64,000 bases of DNA from Minisyncoccota bacterium (GTDB lineage Bacteria > Patescibacteriota > Minisyncoccia > UBA6257 > XYB1-36-10): contig JBAZJH010000001.1 of the NCBI GenBank assembly GCA_041651415.1, positions 151,713-215,712 of the forward strand, written 5' to 3'. The translations under genes were made by a program, and so were the position numbers. The notes beneath the pieces are model-generated. The model did no database searches, was not told where the DNA came from, and saw only the letters and a list, made by a program, of their open reading frames with translations. This document shows, one piece after another, positions 26,151 through 33,888 of this stretch; position 1 is the first letter of the stretch; the number at the start of each line of letters is the position of its first letter.

Positions 26151-26286
26151 ATCGAGAAAGCAGTTATCAACAAGAACAAACTATTGACAGATGATGTTTT
26201 TGGAGCTATACTTGCCTTATTGAATGAGTGGAAAGCGGATTTAGGCGATTTTCGACCCAAATCCATTTTACTTCATTTGTTTGGCT

Positions 26287-26318
26287 AAAAGCCCCGCTTG
26301 CGGGGTTTTTAGTTTTTT
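26287..26318 (+). terminator. Rho-independent terminator (GCCCCGC-ttg-GCGGGGC + T-run)
   Basis: Seen directly. Downstream of gtrA and of the in-frame extension. Confidence 0.65.
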
Positions 26319-26513
26319 GGTAGCATATTTGAAAGGCCTCGGAAGCGGCCGTAAGGAGAGCACTCATTCAATAACAAACAAAATGGAGGTCACCACTTAC
26401 AGCCGCTTCGGGGGCCTTTTATTTTTTTAACAACTATTGACGAGAAGAAAAAGTTATGTATAATTTTATCAGAAGTTTTAAATACATTCCCTAAAAGGAA
26501 AAGGAGAAAGACG

Positions 26514-26867
26514 ATGAAAAGAATAGTAGGAATGTCTTTATTTATGTCTTTGATTGTTGTGTCGGTTTTATTGGGAAATTTTGTTTCTCATAAAATCAAT
26601 TGCTGGGCGGAGTTCGGAGGAGAATGGAGAAAAGAGGTAGTTCTTTCAATGCAATTAATGGATTTCATGCAATCTGGGGGTGGTCCGGCCGGTCCAACAG
26701 AAAATTATTTTGCTTGGGCTTACGCAAAAAAGATTTTATCTCCGCGACCGTGGTGGCATCATGTTTTATTCCCCACCGGTTTAGTTTTTCAACCTTTTGG
26801 ATATTGGACAGTTCCGGAAAAGGAATTTCATCATCCGGCACTTGTTTCTTTTATTGAAAAACCTTAA
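26514..26867 (+). CDS. Hypothetical secreted protein
   Basis: Signal-anchor N-terminus, 117 aa. Confidence 0.4.
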   Translation: MKRIVGMSLFMSLIVVSVLLGNFVSHKINCWAEFGGEWRKEVVLSMQLMDFMQSGGGPAGPTENYFAWAYAKKILSPRPWWHHVLFPTGLVFQPFGYWTVPEKEFHHPALVSFIEKP

Positions 26868-26965
26868 CAAAAAAAGGAGAGGTTCGTTAATAAAACAAAA
26901 GCGCCGTCTTTCTAAAGAAAGGCGGCATTTTATATGCCAAAGTACCAAACCAAAACCACGGCCGT

Positions 26966-27482
26966 AAGGCCGTGGATTCGTAGGGCATATCCAGTATCTT
27001 CTTTTTCGCCCATGATATCATAAAGAGGATGAAATATTACCGCCAAGCCCATGTGGTCTACCATAATGAATACCATATCGTTTGGATACCAAGATTCAGA
27101 AGAAAAATACTGGTTCCAGGAGTGGCAGAGTATCTCAAAAAGAAAATAATGGAGGTCGGAAAGGTTTATCCAGACTTGGTTTGTTTGGAACAAAATATCC
27201 AACCGGACCATGTCCACCTCTTAATGCAGATTCCTCCTCGCATGAGCGTAAGCAGAGCTGTGAATATTTTAAAATCAAACACAAGTTCCGCTCTCAAAAA
27301 ACAATTCAAATTCCTCAAAAATGTCTACTTAGATGAAGCTGGAATCTGGTCGGTTGGATATTTTGTTTCTACCGTAGGCGTAAACGAAGCCGTCATCAGA
27401 AGATATATACAGATGCAAGAAAAAGAAGATACTGGACAAGCGAAGCTTGCTATATGAAGAAACCACGGCCGTAAGGCCGTGG
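26966..27482 (+). mobile_element. IS200/IS605-family unit: Y1 transposase gene flanked by inverted copies of the hairpin CCACGGCCGTAAGGCCGTGG (26966-26985 and 27463-27482), plus inverted GAAAAAGAAGATACTGGA arms (RAYT/REP-like arrangement)
   Basis: Both hairpins and the inverted sub-terminal arms (26999-27016 versus 27421-27438) are read directly from the sequence. Confidence 0.7.
27029..27457 (+). CDS. tnpA: IS200/IS605-family Y1 (HUH) transposase TnpA / RAYT-like
   Basis: YHIVWIPRFRRKIL, the HUH motif PDHVHLLMQIPP, and C-terminal YFVSTVG...RRYIQ carrying the catalytic Tyr. 142 aa, typical size. Confidence 0.85.
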   Translation: MKYYRQAHVVYHNEYHIVWIPRFRRKILVPGVAEYLKKKIMEVGKVYPDLVCLEQNIQPDHVHLLMQIPPRMSVSRAVNILKSNTSSALKKQFKFLKNVYLDEAGIWSVGYFVSTVGVNEAVIRRYIQMQEKEDTGQAKLAI

Positions 27483-27805
27483 AGTTTCATTTTTTAAAAA
27501 ATGAATTTGGATTTTGTTTGTTCCGCTTTCGGAATAAATGTTTCGAAAGCGGATTGATAAATTTTAAAAAACAAAACAAGTTAAATTAAAATTTAATTAT
27601 TTTAAAAAGTATCAAAAAAAGTTTCAAAATTAAAAAATAAAAAATATTTTTAAAAAAATTTCGCAAAAAAAGTTTTCCACATATTTTTTATTTCTAATTT
27701 GTTCTAAAATTAAGGTATAAGAAAATTTTTAATATTTTCTTCCCGCCAATGGAAAGGTGAAGTCAACTTTTTCATTAGTATTTTACAATTAAGTTTTTAT
27801 AAAAC

Positions 27806-27895
27806 ATGGCAGCTAAGAAAAGAAAAGCTACAAAAAAGAAGACAGCGAAAAGAAAGACCACAAAAAAGAAGACAGCGAAAAGAAAGAAGAGATAG
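27806..27895 (+). CDS. 29-aa Lys-rich basic peptide MAAKKRKATKKKTAKRKTTKKKTAKRKKR with internal 27-nt tandem repeat
   Basis: ATG at 27806 and TAG at 27893-27895. Followed by a strong terminator (27904-27940) and preceded by a 300-bp AT-rich region. Not in the ORF track (<60 aa). Confidence 0.45.
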   Translation: MAAKKRKATKKKTAKRKTTKKKTAKRKKR

Positions 27896-27903
27896 TCTTT
27901 AAT

Positions 27904-27940
27904 CCCTCTCCGATAAAATCGGAGGGGGATTTGCTTTTTG
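27904..27940 (+). terminator. Rho-independent terminator (CCCTCTCCGAtaaaaTCGGAGGGGG + T-run)
   Basis: Seen directly. Confidence 0.7.
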
Positions 27941-28019
27941 GGGTTTAAGAATGAAAGTGAAGAGCGGAAGAGATTGTATTATTTATATATATAATTAAAG
28001 TTTGTATTTATCATAAAAA

Positions 28020-28340
28020 ATGAATATAAATATAACAGCGAAGAATTTGGAATTAACAGCTCCTTTGAAAGTCTTTATAGAGAAGAAACTTGAAAGTATA
28101 AGCAAATTAGTGGGAAAATGGGAAGAAAAGGGGGCGGTTGAGATTGATTTTGAGGTGGCAAGAACCACGAAACACCATCACAAAGGAGATGTTTTCTACG
28201 CGGAAGCCAATCTGAAGCTGGGAAGAAAGGAAATAATCAGAGCGGAAAGGAGTTCAAACGACATCAGAGAAGCAATAGATACAGTGAAAGACGTATTAAA
28301 AGAAGAAGTAAACAGATATAAGAAAAAGAAGGAGAGATAA
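28020..28340 (+). CDS. hpf: Ribosome hibernation promoting factor / RaiA (YfiA) family
   Basis: MNINITAKNLELTAPLKVFIEKKL... is the typical HPF N-terminus. 106 aa. Confidence 0.8.
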   Translation: MNINITAKNLELTAPLKVFIEKKLESISKLVGKWEEKGAVEIDFEVARTTKHHHKGDVFYAEANLKLGRKEIIRAERSSNDIREAIDTVKDVLKEEVNRYKKKKER

Positions 28341-28344
28341 ACAA

Positions 28345-30963
28345 ATGAAAAATATTTTAAGTTATTTTTTTGACCCGATAAAAGAATTGAAGAAAACAGC
28401 GGAAGCGGTGAATAAGCTGGAGGCAGAAACGGAGAAACTTTCAATTTCGGAAATCAGAGAAAAAAGCGACAAATTAAAAGAAAGAGTAAAAGAAGGAGAA
28501 ACGCTCGACAGCATTTTGCCGGAAGCGTTCGCTCTTGCAAGAGAAACGGCAAAGAGAACGCTTTCGCAGCGCCATTTTGACGTTCAACTTATCGGCGGAA
28601 TGGTTTTACATAAGGGACAGATAGCGGAAATGATGACAGGAGAAGGAAAAACGCTTACCGCTACTCTGCCGATTTATTTAAACGCTTTAGCCGGAAAAGG
28701 CGCGCATGTCGTGACTGTAAACGAATATCTGGCAAAAAGAGATACGGTTTGGATGGGACAGATTTATCACGCTCTGGGACTTAGGACAGCATGCCTTATC
28801 CATGAAAGCGCGCTTTTATATGACCCGGATTTTAAAAAGAATGACGAGGAGAAAAAAGAGATGGACGAAGAAAGAGACAAAACCGGCTCTTTCCGAGTTT
28901 TTGAAGATTATCTTCGGCCAATTTCAAGAAAAGAAGCATATCTCGCCGACATCACTTACGGAACGAATCATGAATTCGGTTTTGATTATTTAAGAGACAA
29001 TTTGGCGCAAAGCAAGGAACAGCAAACGCAGAGAGATTTTTATTACGCCATTATCGACGAAGTGGACAGTATTTTAATAGACGAAGCGAGAACACCTTTG
29101 ATAATTTCGGCGCCGGACGCGGAATCAAGCGAATTTTATAAAAGATTTTCCAGAATCGCGGAAAATCTAAAAGAAGAAGAGGATTATGCGGTGGATGAAA
29201 AATTGAAATCGGTTTCCATAAACGATTCGGGAATAGAAAAAGTGGAAAGGGCTCTCAAAATTGATAATCTTTACGCTTCGGAAAATATGCGTTTGGTTCA
29301 TTATTTGGAAGAAAGTTTGAAAGCGAAAGCTTTATTTAAAAAAGACAGAAATTATGTGGTCAAAGAAGGAGAAATAATAATTGTGGACGAATTCACCGGA
29401 AGATTGATGCAAGGCAGAAGATACAGCGGCGGATTACATCAGGCAATAGAAGCAAAAGAAGGCGTGCAGGTGAAAGAAGAATCAAAAACTTTCGCCAAAA
29501 TTTCCATTCAAAATTATTTCAAGATGTATCCGAAAATAGCCGGCATGACGGGAACAGCCAAAACTTCGGCGGAAGAATTTGAAAAAGTTTACGGACTCTT
29601 GGTTATTTCCATTCCTCCCAACAAACAAGTGGCGAGAAAAGACCACCCGGACGCCATTTATAAAAACTTTGACGCCAAAATGAGAGCAGTGGCGAGAAAA
29701 GTGAAGGAGGCGGTAGAAAAAGGCCAGCCGGTTTTGGTCGGCACGACTTCCATAGAAAAAAATGAAATAGTTTCCGGTTATCTTTCAAAAGAAGGAGTGC
29801 GGCATGAAATTTTAAACGCCAAGAATCATGAACGGGAAGGAGAAATAATCGCGCAAGCGGGAAGAGCGGGAAGCGTGACGGTCGCCACCAATATGGCCGG
29901 ACGCGGAGTGGACATAGTGCTTGGAGGAAATCCGCCACTCCCGGAAAATTCAGAAAAAGTGAAAGAGGCGGGCGGACTTCTCGTTATCGGCACAGAAAGG
30001 CACGAGGCGCGGAGAATAGACAATCAGTTGCAAGGAAGAAGCGGACGGCAGGGAGACCCGGGAGAAAGCAGATTTTATCTTTCGCTCGACGACGACCTGC
30101 TTCGGGTGTTCGGCGGAGATAAAATAAAAGGCATCATGGAAAAATTCGATTTTCCGGAAGATGAGCCGATCGGGATGAAAATGATTTCAAGGTCAATCTT
30201 GCAGGCGCAAAAGCGGGTGGAAGGATTCAATTTTGACGCCAGAAAACATCTGTTGGAATACGACGATGTTTTAAACAAACAAAGACAGGCGGTTTATCGC
30301 TATCGGCAAAGCTTGCTTTCCCGAAACGGAGAAAAAGAAAAAAAAGAAATTCTTTTGGAAATTTTAAACGAACATATCGATGAACTTTATAAAATAACTT
30401 CCGGAAGGGGATTTGCGGAAGAAGATTTATCAGAAATGGAAAAGTTTCTGAAAAACACGGGAGCGATCAATGAAGAGGGCGTTTTAAAAATAAAAGAAAT
30501 TATGGAAAATCAAAATTTTTCTTTAAACGGAAAATTTGAAAATATCTTTGAATATCTGAGGGAAAACATAGAAAAAAGAGCGGAAGAAATTGCCGGAGAC
30601 CAGTTTTTGAAGCAAAGGATTTTGTCTATTTTTGATATGCTCTGGATGAATCATTTGGAAGATATGGAGGCCTTGAGCGAATCAGTGCGGCTTAGAGCTT
30701 ATGGCCAGCATGACCCGCTTGTGGAATACAGGAGAGAAGGGCATGTTTTATTCGATAATTTATTTAAGAATTTTCGAGGATGGATTTTTGAAAACATTTT
30801 CAGGCTTTCAGCTCGAGCGAGCGGAGAAAAAAATCCTTCGGCTGAAACGGCAATAAATAATACTATTAAAATAAATACGGACCCAAAATATAAGGATACG
30901 GGAAGAAACGACCCATGCCCTTGCGGAAGCGGAAAAAAATATAAGAAATGTCACGGGAAATAG
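28345..30963 (+). CDS. secA: Preprotein translocase ATPase SecA
   Basis: Walker A GEGKTLTATLP, DEVDSILIDEARTPLIIS, and the C-terminal zinc-binding CPCGSGKKYKKCHG. 872 aa. Confidence 0.95.
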   Translation: MKNILSYFFDPIKELKKTAEAVNKLEAETEKLSISEIREKSDKLKERVKEGETLDSILPEAFALARETAKRTLSQRHFDVQLIGGMVLHKGQIAEMMTGEGKTLTATLPIYLNALAGKGAHVVTVNEYLAKRDTVWMGQIYHALGLRTACLIHESALLYDPDFKKNDEEKKEMDEERDKTGSFRVFEDYLRPISRKEAYLADITYGTNHEFGFDYLRDNLAQSKEQQTQRDFYYAIIDEVDSILIDEARTPLIISAPDAESSEFYKRFSRIAENLKEEEDYAVDEKLKSVSINDSGIEKVERALKIDNLYASENMRLVHYLEESLKAKALFKKDRNYVVKEGEIIIVDEFTGRLMQGRRYSGGLHQAIEAKEGVQVKEESKTFAKISIQNYFKMYPKIAGMTGTAKTSAEEFEKVYGLLVISIPPNKQVARKDHPDAIYKNFDAKMRAVARKVKEAVEKGQPVLVGTTSIEKNEIVSGYLSKEGVRHEILNAKNHEREGEIIAQAGRAGSVTVATNMAGRGVDIVLGGNPPLPENSEKVKEAGGLLVIGTERHEARRIDNQLQGRSGRQGDPGESRFYLSLDDDLLRVFGGDKIKGIMEKFDFPEDEPIGMKMISRSILQAQKRVEGFNFDARKHLLEYDDVLNKQRQAVYRYRQSLLSRNGEKEKKEILLEILNEHIDELYKITSGRGFAEEDLSEMEKFLKNTGAINEEGVLKIKEIMENQNFSLNGKFENIFEYLRENIEKRAEEIAGDQFLKQRILSIFDMLWMNHLEDMEALSESVRLRAYGQHDPLVEYRREGHVLFDNLFKNFRGWIFENIFRLSARASGEKNPSAETAINNTIKINTDPKYKDTGRNDPCPCGSGKKYKKCHGK

Positions 30964-30966
30964 AAT

Positions 30967-31455
30967 ATGGAATATCTAAAAGATCAAAAAGAAAAAGAAG
31001 CGATTCAATGGATGAATAAAGCCGCAGAGATTGCTAAAAAGGCTCTATGCCTTAAGGCAAAATGTGGTACAGTCATCGTAAAAGATGGTGAGATAATTGG
31101 AGAGGGATATAATTCTCCGCCATTGGATCAAGAGGAAAATCGAACATGCAATACAGAATTTGGCCTTGGCAAACCAAAATACGATCGAACATGTTGTATG
31201 CACGCCGAGTGGCGAGCAATCATGGATGCATCACGGCAAAATCCAGAAAAGATAAAAGGATCAAAACTTTATTTTACAAGAGTAGATGAGAATGGAAAAA
31301 TCAAGAAGTCGGGTAAACCATATTGTACGGTATGCAGCCGTATGGCATTGGACGCAGGAATTGAGAAATTCGTATTGTGGCACGAAGAAGGGGTTTGTGA
31401 ATATCCGACGGATGAATATAACCGATTTTCATATCAATATATTCATGTGGAGTAG
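30967..31455 (+). CDS. CMP/dCMP deaminase zinc-binding family protein (dCMP deaminase-like)
   Basis: Zinc-binding motifs CMHAE...A and PCTVCSRM (PCxxC). Confidence 0.65.
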   Translation: MEYLKDQKEKEAIQWMNKAAEIAKKALCLKAKCGTVIVKDGEIIGEGYNSPPLDQEENRTCNTEFGLGKPKYDRTCCMHAEWRAIMDASRQNPEKIKGSKLYFTRVDENGKIKKSGKPYCTVCSRMALDAGIEKFVLWHEEGVCEYPTDEYNRFSYQYIHVE

Positions 31456-31490
31456 GAAATAAACACAAGAAATGCCATGGGGCGTAGGAA

Positions 31491-31625
31491 ATGAAACTCC
31501 ACGGCCTTACGGCCGTAGAATCTTCAAGTTTCACCCCGCCAAAGGCGGGGTTAATTAAATCTTTACCGCTTCAAACTCCTTAGCTAACGCGCGAGATTTT
31601 CTTTTCGCGGAGATTTAATAAAAAG
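31491..31625 (+). repeat. REP/BIME-like mosaic palindromic element, copy 1 (CCACGGCC hairpin + GTTTCACCCCGCC-aaag-GGCGGGGTT + TTATTAAATCTTT..GCGCG.. + TTTCGCGGAGATTTAATAAAAAG)
   Basis: Shares modules with the copies at 32496, 46017(-), 54156 and 59988, and with the hairpins flanking tnpA. Confidence 0.75.
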
Positions 31626-31634
31626 AAACCGCTT

Positions 31635-31847
31635 TTAAACGGTTTCTTGTAAAACTTCTCTTAATCTCCACCTTGTTTTTCCGCCACGACCACCAAGACA
31701 CTCGACTTGTTGAGAAAGAGCGCCTAGACTCTGTGAAACTCCATTTGCGGGCAGATTAACCTTTTGAGCTATCTGCAAAGTAGTAGCTTCTCCTCCTAAT
31801 TCCTCTAATGCTGTTAAAATAGTTCTCTGTCTTTTCTTAAGCGTCAT
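31635..31847 (-). CDS. Small winged-helix DNA-binding protein (70 aa)
   Basis: RQRTILTALEELGGEATTLQIAQKVNLPANGVSQSL is a wHTH pattern. Flanked on both sides by REP-like modules. Confidence 0.5.
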   Translation of the reverse strand: MTLKKRQRTILTALEELGGEATTLQIAQKVNLPANGVSQSLGALSQQVECLGGRGGKTRWRLREVLQETV

Positions 31848-31917
31848 ATCGCGCCTCCTTTTAGATATAAAATACTATAGTTAAAATACCAAATTATTAT
31901 GGTAAATGTAAAATAAA

Positions 31918-31945
31918 ATCATTTCGCGGAGATTTAATAAAAAAG
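31918..31945 (+). repeat. Solo tail module of the REP-like element (TTTCGCGGAGATTTAATAAAAAAG) abutting the NUDIX gene start
   Basis: Identical to the 3' module of the other copies. Confidence 0.6.
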
Positions 31946-32475
31946 TGCTTTGGAAAATAGAAAATGATAAAATAAATTTTATGGAAACAAATAATCAATA
32001 TCTTCATGAGGTGGCGATTACGGCGATAATCGTAAAAGACGGAAAATATTTGATTACAAGGCGGGCGGCGAATAAGAAAAGATTCCCGGGGATGTGGACT
32101 GTGCCGGGAGGAAAAATGGAAACGAGCGATTATTTGAAACTGCCGAAAGACACCGAATTTTATTGGTACAACGTTTTAGAGAGGACACTCAGAAGAGAAA
32201 TAAAAGAAGAAGTGGGGATTGAAATAGACAATATCGAATATATAACCAGTCTTGCAACGGTTCATAATGACGGAAGTCCATCACTCGTAATTTCCTGCGC
32301 GGCGGATTATGTTTTGGGAGAAGTGAAGCTTCAATTGGAAGAGAACGATGAGTTTGCTTGGGTTAGCTTAGAAGAAGCAAAAAATTACAAACTTTTGGAC
32401 GGAATTTTTGATGAGATGGCGATGGTGGAAAAAAAGAGAAAAGGAAAAAAAGAAGAGTGGAGAAGGTTTAACTGA
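31945..32475 (+). CDS. NUDIX hydrolase
   Basis: Nudix box GGKMETSDY...RTLRREIKEEVGIEI (G-x5-E-x7-REuxEExGu). Confidence 0.8.
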   Translation: MLWKIENDKINFMETNNQYLHEVAITAIIVKDGKYLITRRAANKKRFPGMWTVPGGKMETSDYLKLPKDTEFYWYNVLERTLRREIKEEVGIEIDNIEYITSLATVHNDGSPSLVISCAADYVLGEVKLQLEENDEFAWVSLEEAKNYKLLDGIFDEMAMVEKKRKGKKEEWRRFN

Positions 32476-32495
32476 ATATAAGACTCCAGCTGACG

Positions 32496-32606
32496 CACGG
32501 GGTTTTGCGGAGATTTAAACGAAACTCAATTTTGAGTTTCACCCCGCCTACGACGGGGTTTTATTAAATCTTAGCCGTAGAAACCTTGCGCTAACGCGCA
32601 ATGTTT
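32496..32606 (+). repeat. REP/BIME-like mosaic element, copy 2 (tail-fragment + GAAACTCAATTTTGAGTTTC hairpin + GTTTCACCCCGCC-tacg-ACGGGGTT + TTATTAAATCTTAGCCG..GCGCTAACGCGC)
   Basis: Module comparison by eye. The central CCACGGCC hairpin is deleted, leaving the GAAACT...AGTTTC outer stem. Confidence 0.7.
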
Positions 32607-32708
32607 TTTTAGCGTTATTTTGAAAAAAAGTCAAAAGTGAAACTTTTTTTACTTTTTTGCGTATTATTATATAGCACTTGCTAAAACCATATCCCATAGG
32701 AGGCGAAG

Positions 32709-33185
32709 ATGATTTCTTTTTCGCTAATGTTGGCAATTCTTTTTTCCGGTTCTATCTCAGGAGAAGAGAAAGGTACTTTACCCTCTTGCTTTTCCGTTCA
32801 GTCAAAGACTGGATGGCGGGAAGACACGAAGGTAAACTTAACCGAAAAGTCGCTGAAATACGCATTTTTTTTGCGTGATACGGCGATGAAAGAGGGATTA
32901 GGGGAGAAAGACCTCATATTATTAGGGAAAGCCGCCGAAACGGAAAGCGGTTGGAAACAATATGATGAGAATGGGAATGTTTTGCGCGGAGAAAATAATC
33001 CGCGAGTAGTGGGGATTTTTCAGATTTGTGAGGATTCTCATAAAAGAGAAGCGAAAAAAATGGGATTGGATATAATGACCCCAAAAGGAAACATTAAATA
33101 TGCGGTTTTTCTTTATAAAAAGGAGAGGCTTCGGCCTTGGAGGACAAACCGGAAATTAATGAATTTCATCAGAAATTTGGGGTAG
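32709..33185 (+). CDS. Lytic transglycosylase (SLT/lysozyme-like domain), secreted
   Basis: Signal peptide, then AETESGWKQ...GIFQI (the E-S...G-[LI]-[MF]-Q-I SLT catalytic motif). Confidence 0.65.
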   Translation: MISFSLMLAILFSGSISGEEKGTLPSCFSVQSKTGWREDTKVNLTEKSLKYAFFLRDTAMKEGLGEKDLILLGKAAETESGWKQYDENGNVLRGENNPRVVGIFQICEDSHKREAKKMGLDIMTPKGNIKYAVFLYKKERLRPWRTNRKLMNFIRNLG

Positions 33186-33296
33186 ATATTCCAAAGCTCC
33201 GATTTTAAAAATCGGGGCTTTTTTTATAAACAGGTTTCTGATAAAATAAAAGCAGAATTCGAACTTTAACAAAAAAAGAAAGGCGAGGAGGTTTCT

Positions 33297-33842
33297 ATGG
33301 TTGACCTTCTAAAAAACGAAATAGAAAAAGAGTTTTGCCAAAATTGCCAAGGGATTTTAGAAGAAGAGGAGGTTTTTGAAGGTACAGGCGGTGAGCGCAT
33401 TTGTAAATCATGCTGGGCAACTTTAAAGTTGAAAATAGAAAAATCCAAGGAGGAAGGAAAGAAGAAGATGGATTTTTCTTGTAGATCTATAGAATTCAGG
33501 ACTCATTTTTGTGCCAAAGGACAAGGTTTCAATCTATCTGTTAAAAGCGGAGAGATTCTTGATAAGAATGGGAACTTACTACCGGAAAATAAAATCTGTT
33601 TTTTTGTAGATATTTCTAAAAACGGATTCTATAAAGAGTTGGAAGGAAAAAAGGGAGAAAAAGAAATTACGGTAACCTCGACTTTTCTACATAAAGGAGA
33701 ACAATATTTTTATAGATTAAAAATCCCGATCAAGACAGATGAAAATGGAAATTTTCTCGAATTAGGAGCAGAAGATGATTTCAAAAAAACAATTCTGCCT
33801 TCCAGAGAATTTATCAAACAAAAATTGTTTTTTGATAAATGA
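33297..33842 (+). CDS. Hypothetical zinc-ribbon protein
   Basis: CQNCQG...CKSC N-terminal zinc ribbon. 181 aa. Confidence 0.45.
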   Translation: MVDLLKNEIEKEFCQNCQGILEEEEVFEGTGGERICKSCWATLKLKIEKSKEEGKKKMDFSCRSIEFRTHFCAKGQGFNLSVKSGEILDKNGNLLPENKICFFVDISKNGFYKELEGKKGEKEITVTSTFLHKGEQYFYRLKIPIKTDENGNFLELGAEDDFKKTILPSREFIKQKLFFDK

Positions 33843-33849
33843 ACAAATG

Positions 33850-33888
33850 ACGGCTTTGCCTTATAAGGCAAAGCCGTTTATTTTTTTT
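33850..33888. terminator. Bidirectional terminator (ACGGCTTTGCCTTATAAGGCAAAGCCGT + T-run); overlaps the last codons of the minus-strand GT4 gene
   Basis: Perfect 12-bp stem, seen directly. Confidence 0.6.

Noticed and set aside
26335-26420. Long stem GGCCTCGGAAGCGGC...GCCGCTTCGGGGGCC + T-run containing a CGGCCGTAAGG fragment, possibly a degenerate REP or sRNA
   Set aside because: It has only partial similarity to the CCACGGCC hairpin. It most simply reads as a second terminator or spacer hairpin. Not enough evidence for a separate feature.
28345-30963. Several 60-110-aa antisense or alternative-frame ORFs inside secA, ftsI, the GT39 gene, aspS, lctP, the helicase and others (listed in the ORF track)
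   Set aside because: They are entirely nested in well-supported conserved genes, have low-complexity or repetitive translations, and lack RBS. Treated as frame-shadow artefacts.
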